Source: Octopus bimaculoides (Eukaryota). From it: a stretch of 42,975 nt of DNA. A program made the position numbers and the translations under genes. The DNA is taken from assembly GCF_001194135.2 (NCBI RefSeq), contig NC_068993.1:15325587-15368561 (forward strand). The letters run 5' to 3'. Under the pieces are notes generated by a model. The model did not search any database. It saw only the letters and a list, made by a program, of their open reading frames with translations, and was not told the origin of the DNA. How positions within the stretch are numbered: the first letter of the stretch is position 1; each line of letters starts with the position of its first letter. Positions 21,982 through 33,656 of this stretch are shown one piece after another.

Positions 21982-22358
21982 TGGCACTCCGTCGGTTATG
22001 ACGACGAGGGTTCCAGTTGATCCGATCAACGGAACAACCTGATCGTGAAAATAACGTGCAAGTGACTGAGCAATCCATAGACACGTGTATCCTTAACGTA
22101 GTTCTCGGAGAGATTCAGTGACAGAGTGTGACAAGGCAGGCCCTTTGAAATACAGGTACAACAGAAACAGGAAGAAAGAGCGAGAGAAAGTTGTGGTGAA
22201 AGAGTACAGCAGGGTTCGCCACCGTCCCCTGCCGGAGCTTCGAGGAACTTTAGACGTTTTCGATCAATAAACTCTCACAACGCCCAGTCTGAGAATCGAA
22301 ACCACGATCCTAAGACCACGAGACCGTTGCCCTAACCACTGGGACATTGCGCCTCCAC
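21982..22358 (-). mobile_element. SINE family C1 (OR1-like), full-length, with 11-bp TSD
   Basis: Homologous over its whole length to 11181-11556; gccagtctagt at 21971-21981 and 22359-22369. Confidence 0.93.
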
Positions 22359-23079
22359 GCCAGTCTAGTATTTGCTCCATTTAGTCGTCTAACTCACACC
22401 TCCAAGTTGCAGATATTTTGTTTGTTATAGAAATGATTATTTAAGGTAATTCGCTGATATTTAAGGCGCAAAAAATTTAAATATCGTGGAAACAGTCAAC
22501 ACACTTGTAAAGATACGTTTATAATAAATTGTTGTACTTATGGTAAAATTACATACATCATAACAAAAATTTATATAGTAAAGACTTGTATTGAAATTTA
22601 TAAATAAGGAGGCCAAAAGCCTGCTCTCTGTTTAAAAATCGACATTGAAAACAGACTAGCAATTCTTTCATTATGAATAACTTACGTTACTCTCAAGGAC
22701 CACAGTAGAGTTATGAATAGCTTAACTACAAGACCCATGCATAAAAACATCTTTGATAAAATCAACAAGAGGATCCTGAAAAGCTCAGATTCTTTTCGTG
22801 GGTGGCAACTTTTTGACAGTTGGCTCAGCTGTATCAATTATAAGCAATTATTAAGAATTAGTTCTAACTCGTGAAACCCAAATATTAGAGCTTCTCATTT
22901 CTTCTGCACTAGGGTATATCAATGCACATGAATGCGTGTATGCATACGTGTGTATGGGTGTAACAATGCTGTTACGAATGTTTCTGAACCGGTATTATGG
23001 TAAATATTCCGTCACCGATGAATTTTTCGGATTACAGATTCTGAATACGAGCATGACTACTTTCTGCATTTGTTATGTA

Positions 23080-23117
<38 letters not shown>

Positions 23118-23166
23118 CACATGTATGTATGTAGGTATGTATGTAATGCATACATGCATATACATG

Positions 23167-23280
23167 CACTCGCAAGGTTTGGTCAGCCTGGGGTAGTAAT
23201 AGACATTTGCCAGTCCAAGATGCCTCGCAGTGGAACAGGAGTCGATGCTAGCTTGTTACTACGCAACCACACAGTTGACT
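23167..23280 (-). mobile_element. SINE family B, degenerate 5' half
   Basis: cactcgcaaggtttggtcagcctggggtagtaatagacatttgcc..ccaagatgcctcgcagtggaac...caaccacacag. Confidence 0.7.
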
Positions 23281-23469
23281 ATTGATACATGTATGTAAAT
23301 GTGTATATATATATATGTATGTATATATATTGTCAACGTATTCTTTCTGTTGAAGAGCGTAACTCGAAACGTCAAAGACTTTCCGTATTCCCGAGCGTCA
23401 TACTAATACATCCTTTTGTTATTTACACCACCTGTCCTCGTCTGTTGTTGTTTTTTCGTATATTCTCCC

Positions 23470-23588
<119 letters not shown>

Positions 23589-23600
23589 CGTAAATATGCT

Positions 23601-23790
23601 CTCTTTTAATGGTTTCAGTCGCCGGCCATGCTGGAGTACTACCTTCAGTTTTTAATGTTTTTTTTGTTTGTTTTGTTGTTGCTTTATGATCGAAAGTTGG
23701 TCCATATGGTCGAGCTTGTAGTTCCGGATCTCCCCTGAGTGTACCCTTAAATGGTTGGTTGTTCCAGTATCGTCGTTAGGTGTTAGACAT
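23601..23790 (-). mobile_element. SINE family B-like 3' fragment, degenerate
   Basis: ctcttttaatggtttcagtcgccggccatgctggagtactacctt resembles the family B terminus. Confidence 0.55.
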
Positions 23791-24569
23791 ACACATACAT
23801 ATATGCATACCAATGGGCATACATACACACATACATACATATATATATATACACACACTCACATTCATACATACATACATGAACACATACATACATGCAT
23901 ACATATAATAATATTTACTACGTTGAATTAATTATCCGAACATCATTATTTCTGTATAAAATATTCAAATACAATTGTAGATATTTATATTCTACACACA
24001 TGTGTGTGTATCATTGAGCATGCGTGTAGGATTATTTCTTTTTTGTTTTTTTTTGTTTTTTGTCTCTATTTTTGCGTATGGATACATTTCACTCATGTGT
24101 ACTATGGTTCCGTATTGCACATTGAGTTTGTCAAACGCTGCTATCGTGCTACATAATAGTCCATATCATCTGCTATATTTTAGAAATTTGCGCACACTAA
24201 TACAAGACGAGCACCATTCAAATTCTTTGATGGTAACATGAAAAAGAAGACGCACAAAAGCTAATAGGGTACATATTTTCTTGACAGAGATGCGGCGAAA
24301 TATACCGCGGCTGGTGAGGGCTACAGATGTTTTGATGTATATGTTAATGTTTGTATGTGTATATATATAAAGATAGAGTGGCGAGAGAATGTGTGAAAAA
24401 TTCAAATAGATAGGTGCAGAGATAAGTAGGCATATATACATATGCATACATCAAGAATGCATATACAGAAATATACACGTTTTCATCTAATATATGTATA
24501 TAGATATATGCGTGTCTGTGTGAGTGTATGTATACACATATATATGTATGTATATATATATATATATAT

Positions 24570-24880
24570 NNNNNNNNNNNNNNNNNNNNNNNNNNNNNNN
24601 NNNNNNNNNNNNNNNNNNNNNNNNNNNNNNNNNNNNNNNNNNNNNNNNNNNNNNNNNNNNNNNNNNNNNNNNNNNNNNNNNNNNNNNNNNNNNNNNNNNN
24701 NNNNNNNNNNNNNNNNNNNNNNNNNNNNNNNNNNNNNNNNNNNNNNNNNNNNNNNNNNNNNNNNNNNNNNNNNNNNNNNNNNNNNNNNNNNNNNNNNNNN
24801 NNNNNNNNNNNNNNNNNNNNNNNNNNNNNNNNNNNNNNNNNNNNNNNNNNNNNNNNNNNNNNNNNNNNNNNNNNNNNNNN
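24570..24880. other. Assembly gap within a long TA/CA/TG simple-repeat field (about 24340-25410)
   Basis: Run of N; flanks are low complexity. Confidence 1.
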
Positions 24881-26864
24881 ATATATATATAAATAAATAA
24901 ATATATATATATATATATACATACATTCCTACATACAAAGATGCGTACAGACATACCTGCATACATAAGTACGTACACATATTCATTACGAACATAATGA
25001 ATGTATATATACATACAAAATTATGTGTATAGGTATTTATATGTGATTGTATGTGATGTTTACGTATGTGCATAAATGAAAATGCATAACCCTCTCTCTC
25101 TCTCTCTCTCTCATTTTCCTCTTCTTTTTCTCCTCCTCTTTTCTCTTCAGTCATGCTGCATGTAGCTACGTCTGTCTTTATATGTATGTACGTGTGCATA
25201 GCTGTGTGCATGTGTGCGCTTATATATAAGTGCGTGCATTTGTGTGTATGTGTATATGTATGCGACAATATTTGCGCATTTATGTGCGCACGCTTCTGCA
25301 TGCGTGTGCGTGCATGCGTGAGTATGTGTGTGTATGCATGTGTGTATGTGTGTATGTGTGTGTGTGTGTGTGTGTATGTGTGTGTGCGCGTGTGTGCGTG
25401 TGTGTAAGCGTGTTCTTTTGAAAGGAAACCACTGCACGCAAGATAAACAAACAAACAAATAATGTAAACAACATAATAAATATATAAATGAAAAAATAAA
25501 GAGTAATAAAGAAAGAGAGAAAGAAAGAAAGAAGGAAGGAAAGGAAGGAAAAACAATAAACAAGATGAGTGTGTTGTGGTCGGTGATGGTGGGGGTGGGA
25601 AATAACTTAAAAGCGCGCTTGACATAGTAAACACAAACTAAGTTAATAAGATCAAATACACATCTTTAAAGGATTTTTGGGGTTCGAAATTAAGTATTAG
25701 AGGTTTCATGATTCTTAATGGAACGTTTATGAGAGAATGGGCGAGCGGGTGTGATGGAGCCGAGGGAGAGAGAGCGAGAGAGAAAGAGAGGGGAGAGAGA
25801 GAGAGAGAGATAGAGAGAGAGAGACGGGAAATGGCAAGGCTGTATATAATGAAAATTTATTTCCGAATGTTGACTATAAACTTGGAGAGTGGATGCTATG
25901 AGGAAGGGAAAATACAGAAACGGAAGATCGAGTGAAAGAGTAAGAGACAAGAAAGTGACCGACAGAGACAGACACACAGACAGGCAGATAGACAGAAAGA
26001 GAGAGAGGAGGAAGTATTGAAGGTGGAAAGGTTTTAGAAGTCACTACGGGTTATGATTGGTCAGAGTGTGTGATTATGAGCAAACGTGTAGCATCAATGA
26101 CCGGTTGAATTTACATGAAGCTTATCAGGTTTCTACATCTACTAATGCCCTCCGCGGCTTCGGCTTTGGAGTAAAATTAGAAATCCGTTAGTTTTTTTAC
26201 TTCGTCCATTCGTTGCTGCTTCCATTTTGCTTTTTTTTTTCCCCACTTTTCATAGTTTTGTTTCCTTTTTTATTTCCTATTTTGTATGATATTCATTTTT
26301 TTAATATTTTTATTTACTTTTTAAGCATTACATTATACTGTTTGTTATAAAAGTTATATTTCCCTTTTTTTTTTCTTCTTCTTCGTAAATTGCCTGTACA
26401 TCATCGCTTCATTTTAGCATTATTACTATATTTTTGATTTCGCTTCTGTTTCAAATTTTCTTTGATTTTCCCCCAACTCCGATTTCTCATTGCATTCCAT
26501 TTCATATTTTACTTCTGCTATCACTGGTTGTTTTAGTATTAATTCCTCATCCCATAAAATCATACTAACAACTTAAACCTCTACTTAATTCTCTTCCTCT
26601 ACCATTCTCTTTCACAGAAATGTCAACATTAACTTCTGTAAACGTAAACAAAAAATTACTACTAACCAATCTCTGCCTCACTAAATAATCAATTACCAAC
26701 AAGTATTTACCTAACAACTCTGCTACTCGTTTCTTTCTCCCTAAAACTATAGTATTAAATTCTAACCCTCAGTAATATATTACTAATAAATTTTACATCC
26801 CTGGAGTAGTAGCATTAACGTATGTATTCTAAAGGACTTCAAGCTACAATATATAACTTAAAAT

Positions 26865-27080
26865 AAGGCGGCGAGCCGGCAGAAACGTTAGCACGTCAGG
26901 TGCAATGCTTAGCGGTATTTCGTCTGTCTTTACGTTCTGAGTTCAAATTCCGCTGAGTTCGGCTTTGCCTTTCATTCTTTCGGGGTCGATAAATTAAGTA
27001 CTAGTTACGTACTGGGGTCGTTCTAATAGACTGGCCCCCTCTCCTAAAATTTCGGGCCTTGTGCCTAGAATAGAAAAGAA
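26865..27080 (+). mobile_element. SINE family A, full-length, near consensus
   Basis: aaggcggcgagccggcagaaacgttagcacg...gagttcaaattccg...ttcggggtcgataaattaagtactagtt...gggccttgtgcctagaatagaaaagaa. Confidence 0.95.
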
Positions 27081-27180
27081 GAAAAAAGTAGCACAGTTGT
27101 TCGGAACCTGAACTATCGACTGGAAAACATAAAAACCAAATTCTGCTAAGCATTTCGCCCGCAGCTCGCCACGTTTATGA

Positions 27181-27388
27181 TAATAATAATAACATTGGTT
27201 TCAAATTTTGGCACAAGGCCAGCAAGTTCGGGTGAGGAGATAAGTCGATTACAGATACTTATTTTATATACCAAGAAAGGATGAAAAGCAAAGTCGGCCT
27301 CGGCGGAATTTGAACCCAACGCAAAGACGGACGGAATGCCGTTAAGCATTATCCCGGTATGCTGGCCATTCCGGCAGCACGCCGCCTT
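27181..27388 (-). mobile_element. SINE family A, full-length, with (ATT)n tail
   Basis: ttcaaattttggcacaaggccagc tail, aggatgaaaagcaaagtcggcctcggcggaatttgaac core, cagcacgccgcctt head. Confidence 0.88.
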
Positions 27389-27409
27389 TATGATTAAAAT
27401 AATGATTGG

Positions 27410-27740
27410 CAAATATTGAACTATCGGCTCAAAATAACCTTGCGTAAATTTTTCCATCGTTTTACGTTTTGAGTTCTAAATCCACCGAAATAAGATTTAC
27501 CCTTACACCGATTCCGGTGAATAGAAGCGACCAAAACAATCACTTAAAACTGGCCGTCTTGTGCCTAAGACACAAAACTTTATCAAGTTGTTTACGCTTC
27601 GTGTTCAAATCCTGCCAAGGTCAACTTTTTACAACTTCCCATCTCGCCAGTGTCGACAAACTAAAGTACCAGAAAGAACTAGAAGCGACGGAATCGGGTA
27701 ACACCTTTTTCCCTTGTTGAACTCGTGCTTAATTAGAAGC
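27410..27740 (+). mobile_element. Two tandem, highly degenerate family A copies
   Basis: ttttacgttttgagttctaaatccaccga and tgttcaaatcctgccaaggtcaacttt...aaagtaccag anchors. Confidence 0.55.
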
Positions 27741-27744
27741 TACC

Positions 27745-27955
27745 AACGCCACTACCACCATTATTACCATCATCCCCAACAGCATCATCATCATCAACAT
27801 CAACATTACAATCATCACCATCATCATCATCATCATCCTCGTCACCATCATCGTCATCATCATCATCATCATCATCATCACCATCATCATCATCATGGTC
27901 ATCGTCATCGTCATCGTCACCATCAACATCATCATCATCACCATCATTATTACTA
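27745..27955. repeat. (CAT)n/(CAC)n trinucleotide array
   Basis: Direct inspection; the poly-His ORF is an artefact. Confidence 0.95.
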
Positions 27956-28302
27956 TTCTGAAACAGTTGATTTTGGTGATGATGGGTTTAATTGTTATTA
28001 TTGTCAATTGAGGTAAACGAATAAGTCGTCATTGATGAGTTTTCATTCAAACGCAACTGATACTTGAAAGCCACTGAATGAGAGACAATGGAAGGCAGAG
28101 ATTGCCTGGGTTTGAGAGAGGACTGCGTTGCCAGACGTTGCCATAGTTATCGTACACGCTGTTACCCAATGTCCGAAAATCGATTTAATTATCTTTAGAA
28201 TTTTTTTATTTCTTCATTTTCTGTGGTCGCAAATGCTGATTGTGGTCAATCGACGAGAAAAGTCTATATACATATATATATGTACATATATATATATATA
28301 TA

Positions 28303-29297
28303 NNNNNNNNNNNNNNNNNNNNNNNNNNNNNNNNNNNNNNNNNNNNNNNNNNNNNNNNNNNNNNNNNNNNNNNNNNNNNNNNNNNNNNNNNNNNNNNNNN
28401 NNNNNNNNNNNNNNNNNNNNNNNNNNNNNNNNNNNNNNNNNNNNNNNNNNNNNNNNNNNNNNNNNNNNNNNNNNNNNNNNNNNNNNNNNNNNNNNNNNNN
28501 NNNNNNNNNNNNNNNNNNNNNNNNNNNNNNNNNNNNNNNNNNNNNNNNNNNNNNNNNNNNNNNNNNNNNNNNNNNNNNNNNNNNNNNNNNNNNNNNNNNN
28601 NNNNNNNNNNNNNNNNNNNNNNNNNNNNNNNNNNNNNNNNNNNNNNNNNNNNNNNNNNNNNNNNNNNNNNNNNNNNNNNNNNNNNNNNNNNNNNNNNNNN
28701 NNNNNNNNNNNNNNNNNNNNNNNNNNNNNNNNNNNNNNNNNNNNNNNNNNNNNNNNNNNNNNNNNNNNNNNNNNNNNNNNNNNNNNNNNNNNNNNNNNNN
28801 NNNNNNNNNNNNNNNNNNNNNNNNNNNNNNNNNNNNNNNNNNNNNNNNNNNNNNNNNNNNNNNNNNNNNNNNNNNNNNNNNNNNNNNNNNNNNNNNNNNN
28901 NNNNNNNNNNNNNNNNNNNNNNNNNNNNNNNNNNNNNNNNNNNNNNNNNNNNNNNNNNNNNNNNNNNNNNNNNNNNNNNNNNNNNNNNNNNNNNNNNNNN
29001 NNNNNNNNNNNNNNNNNNNNNNNNNNNNNNNNNNNNNNNNNNNNNNNNNNNNNNNNNNNNNNNNNNNNNNNNNNNNNNNNNNNNNNNNNNNNNNNNNNNN
29101 NNNNNNNNNNNNNNNNNNNNNNNNNNNNNNNNNNNNNNNNNNNNNNNNNNNNNNNNNNNNNNNNNNNNNNNNNNNNNNNNNNNNNNNNNNNNNNNNNNNN
29201 NNNNNNNNNNNNNNNNNNNNNNNNNNNNNNNNNNNNNNNNNNNNNNNNNNNNNNNNNNNNNNNNNNNNNNNNNNNNNNNNNNNNNNNNNNNNNNNNN
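28303..29297. other. Assembly gap between (AT)n and (TG)n
   Basis: Run of N. Confidence 1.
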
Positions 29298-29354
<57 letters not shown>

Positions 29355-29531
29355 TTATACTTGTACATATATATGTGCGTATGTATGTATATATGAAGAG
29401 ATTTCGTGAGTATAATTAGACGTTAATGCTTAGAATGAGGTTTTAGTGACCTGATGAGTTAGCTTTCCTCATTTGCATCGACTTATAAATATACAAACGC
29501 ATCATGCATATCATGCATATTTATGCAAAGT

Positions 29532-29700
29532 GGCTCAGGAGTGGCTGTGTGCTAAGAAGCTGGATTCCCAACCATATGGTTGCATGCTCAGTCCCACTAA
29601 ATGGCACATTGCGCAGTTGTCTTCTATGATATTATAGCCTCGGGCTATAGTACCATGTGATGGGAATTTGAAACTAGTATGTCGTATCTATCTATCTATA

Positions 29701-29731
<31 letters not shown>

Positions 29732-29737
29732 TTATCC

Positions 29738-29783
<46 letters not shown>

Positions 29784-30125
29784 TTATCTATCTATCTATG
29801 TGTATGTCTTTCAATCTATCTATCTATATGTGTGTCTGTGTGTATGTGTGTGTGTATCTATCTGTGTGTGTGTGTGTGTGTGAGTTTGTGTGCGTGTGTG
29901 CGTGTGGATGTCTACGTGTCTGTGTTTTTTCCATCACTGTTTTGAAAACCAGTGTTGGTGTGTTTACGTCCGCGAGACATGGTGAATCAGAAAAGAGAGC
30001 GATAGAAAAGTGCCAGGCTTAGAATTTGTTTTTTTTTTAAATCCTGGAATTGATTCATTCGGCTAAAACTCTTACAAACGGTGCTCCATCCTGGCCGGTG
30101 CATAATGTCTGAAACAAGTAAAATA
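29532..30125 (+). mobile_element. SINE family B, degenerate full-length copy with an expanded internal (ATCT)n/(TG)n microsatellite
   Basis: Head caggagtggctgtgtgctaagaagct...tcagtcccact; (ATCT)n at about 29685-29830; tail ggtgctccatcctggccg...ctgaaacaagtaaaa. Confidence 0.8.
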
Positions 30126-30289
30126 GTAGGAGAGAGAAAATGCAAGCTTACATTCGCACACACACAGACACAAACACACACTCACAAACGTACACACATG
30201 CACAATCGCACGCACACACACAAACACATGTATGTATATAAATCCGACGGTAGTAACTTTAGAAACCACTCTACTGCTATGGCCGCAGT

Positions 30290-30420
30290 AGTAGTTGCGG
30301 TAATGATGTTGATGATGATGACGACGACGACGATGATGATGATGAAGTTGATGAAAATGATGATAATGATGAAAAAAACTGCGATGCCAACGACGACGAT
30401 GATAATCGTAGCAATGGTTG
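30290..30420. repeat. (GAT)n-rich trinucleotide repeat
   Basis: Direct inspection. Confidence 0.85.
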
Positions 30421-30735
30421 CTAGCATGGTTTAAAATTGATGCTGTATAAAACAAAGCTAAATCCACACTAATGGTAGCATTTACAATACAGCAAAAACT
30501 GCAGCATTTCAGGTTTTGGGTTTCTACATGCTTTTCTCATTCCTCCTTCGCATTCGATCTGCTTATTCCCACCTCTCTCTTACTCATTCGCTCTGACCCT
30601 CATTCATTTCCCAACATCACTATATATATCTTCCAATCTGTTTATCTCCTTCTTTATTTACATGCCTATCTCTCCCTCGTTTCTCGACGTGCTTTCCCTA
30701 CAGAATACACTATATATATATATATATATATATAT

Positions 30736-31530
30736 NNNNNNNNNNNNNNNNNNNNNNNNNNNNNNNNNNNNNNNNNNNNNNNNNNNNNNNNNNNNNNNNN
30801 NNNNNNNNNNNNNNNNNNNNNNNNNNNNNNNNNNNNNNNNNNNNNNNNNNNNNNNNNNNNNNNNNNNNNNNNNNNNNNNNNNNNNNNNNNNNNNNNNNNN
30901 NNNNNNNNNNNNNNNNNNNNNNNNNNNNNNNNNNNNNNNNNNNNNNNNNNNNNNNNNNNNNNNNNNNNNNNNNNNNNNNNNNNNNNNNNNNNNNNNNNNN
31001 NNNNNNNNNNNNNNNNNNNNNNNNNNNNNNNNNNNNNNNNNNNNNNNNNNNNNNNNNNNNNNNNNNNNNNNNNNNNNNNNNNNNNNNNNNNNNNNNNNNN
31101 NNNNNNNNNNNNNNNNNNNNNNNNNNNNNNNNNNNNNNNNNNNNNNNNNNNNNNNNNNNNNNNNNNNNNNNNNNNNNNNNNNNNNNNNNNNNNNNNNNNN
31201 NNNNNNNNNNNNNNNNNNNNNNNNNNNNNNNNNNNNNNNNNNNNNNNNNNNNNNNNNNNNNNNNNNNNNNNNNNNNNNNNNNNNNNNNNNNNNNNNNNNN
31301 NNNNNNNNNNNNNNNNNNNNNNNNNNNNNNNNNNNNNNNNNNNNNNNNNNNNNNNNNNNNNNNNNNNNNNNNNNNNNNNNNNNNNNNNNNNNNNNNNNNN
31401 NNNNNNNNNNNNNNNNNNNNNNNNNNNNNNNNNNNNNNNNNNNNNNNNNNNNNNNNNNNNNNNNNNNNNNNNNNNNNNNNNNNNNNNNNNNNNNNNNNNN
31501 NNNNNNNNNNNNNNNNNNNNNNNNNNNNNN
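30736..31530. other. Assembly gap flanked by (AT)n
   Basis: Run of N. Confidence 1.
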
Positions 31531-31539
31531 TATATATAT

Positions 31540-31571
<32 letters not shown>

Positions 31572-32505
31572 ATATATATACATACACACATATGTATGTA
31601 TATATGTATATATGTATGTACTGATACACACATATACTGGCGTCTGTTTTCATTTGATTTCATGTGTTAGTGTTCTTGTCGGCCTTTCTTTTGTTTTGTT
31701 CTTATAACTTTTTGCCATTTTTCTTTTTTCTTGTAGGACCTCATTTAATGTTGGTATTATTGGTGGCAATATGGTAATGGAAGCAAAGGACATATTTGGT
31801 CTGGCGGTATTTAATGTACTAAGGGTTGGTGATCGTGGGGTGGTTGGGGGGGAGGCATATTGATTTGATTATATCATTAGATGAACGTATCGATTTAGTT
31901 AAACATGAATATCATAAAACACACATACGTACACAGAAACCCACGTAGAAACTCGTACGTACATATACACTTACACACAAATGATAATATATGAATCTCT
32001 ATATGTAAATATGTTTCAGTATTCGTGGAAATATATACGTAGCTCATATATTCTTGTTTGTATGTGAATATCTGATATCGTGTGTATCTGTTAGTATGTG
32101 CCTTGCAATGTGTGCAGTTGATAGTGTGTGTATGCCTTTGTGGAGGAAACTTTTTAGTAGAAGTTTTATTGGATTTTGTGATTATATGTAATTGAAAGTA
32201 TAACTTTCCTGATAACATATATTGGGTTGGTCTAAAGAGTTTGTTACAATCTGAAGCCTTGCTATCTATCGTTTCCATCAGGACATTTAAATAACGTTGT
32301 AAATTTATCTCAGTTTATCTCATTAAGCTTGCCTTGTGGGTTTGAATACTAAAAAACACCGCTTTTTTTTTTCTCTGATAAATCAAACGAATTTCAGTTT
32401 CAAGTGATTGGTAAGAGCTAAAAGCATATTTTCGCTTTCGTCAAGTTTACCATTCGCTACATGTGCTCCCATAAAGCTATATGCGAACACATATATGTTA
32501 TCGAA

Positions 32506-32549
<44 letters not shown>

Positions 32550-32721
32550 AACACTCATGGATATACACACATATACATATATATGTGTGTATCTGTAGCC
32601 GGGTGTGGTTCATAGTCAAAATACAAAAAGCACTCACTGAGGAAAACAGTGTGGGTGTATAAAATAGTTAGGTGATGATCGTATTAGTCATGGCTAACGG
32701 TTGTTATCATATGCGTAATTA

Positions 32722-32752
<31 letters not shown>

Positions 32753-32755
<3 letters not shown>

Positions 32756-32961
32756 TCTTTACTCTCTTTTACTTGTTTCAGTCATTTGACTGCGGCCATG
32801 CTGGAGCACCACCTATAGTCGAGCAAATCGACCCCGGGAGTTATTCTTTGTAAGCCTAGTACTTATTCTATCGGTCACTTTTGCCGAACCGCTATGTGAC
32901 GGGGACATAAACACACCACCATCGGTTGTCAAGCAATGCTAGGGGGACTAACACGGACACT

Positions 32962-33005
<44 letters not shown>

Positions 33006-33178
33006 CACATATATACGACGGGCTTCTTTCAGTTTCCATCTACCAAATACACTCACAAGGCTTTGGTCGGCCCGAGGCTATAGTAGAAGACACTCGCCCA
33101 AGATGCCGCGCAGTGGGACTGAACCCGGAACCATGTGGTTGGTAAGCAAGCTACTTACCACACAGACACTCCTGCGCC
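32753..33178 (-). mobile_element. SINE family B (OK-like), full-length, near consensus
   Basis: Reverse complement: ggcgcaggagtgtctgtgtggtaagtagcttgcttaccaaccacatggttccgggttcagtccc (A/B boxes), CORE-like cttgggcgagtgtcttctactatagcctcggg, internal (TA)(TG)n, tail ctgaaacaagtaaaagagagtaaagag. Confidence 0.95.
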
Positions 33179-33601
33179 NNNNNNNNNNNNNNNNNNNNNN
33201 NNNNNNNNNNNNNNNNNNNNNNNNNNNNNNNNNNNNNNNNNNNNNNNNNNNNNNNNNNNNNNNNNNNNNNNNNNNNNNNNNNNNNNNNNNNNNNNNNNNN
33301 NNNNNNNNNNNNNNNNNNNNNNNNNNNNNNNNNNNNNNNNNNNNNNNNNNNNNNNNNNNNNNNNNNNNNNNNNNNNNNNNNNNNNNNNNNNNNNNNNNNN
33401 NNNNNNNNNNNNNNNNNNNNNNNNNNNNNNNNNNNNNNNNNNNNNNNNNNNNNNNNNNNNNNNNNNNNNNNNNNNNNNNNNNNNNNNNNNNNNNNNNNNN
33501 NNNNNNNNNNNNNNNNNNNNNNNNNNNNNNNNNNNNNNNNNNNNNNNNNNNNNNNNNNNNNNNNNNNNNNNNNNNNNNNNNNNNNNNNNNNNNNNNNNNN
33601 N
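33179..33601. other. Assembly gap starting exactly at the family B 5' end
   Basis: Run of N. Confidence 1.
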
Positions 33602-33656
33602 TATATATTCATATAGATTTCTGTGTGTGCACATACATATACATGCCTATTCATAT

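Noticed and set aside
24483-25634. 383-aa ORF
   Set aside because: Made of CA/TA/GA simple repeats and an N-gap.
31752-31785. VGIIGGNM resembling a Rossmann GxGxxG motif
   Set aside because: Lacks the required glycine spacing and is followed soon by a stop; probably coincidence.
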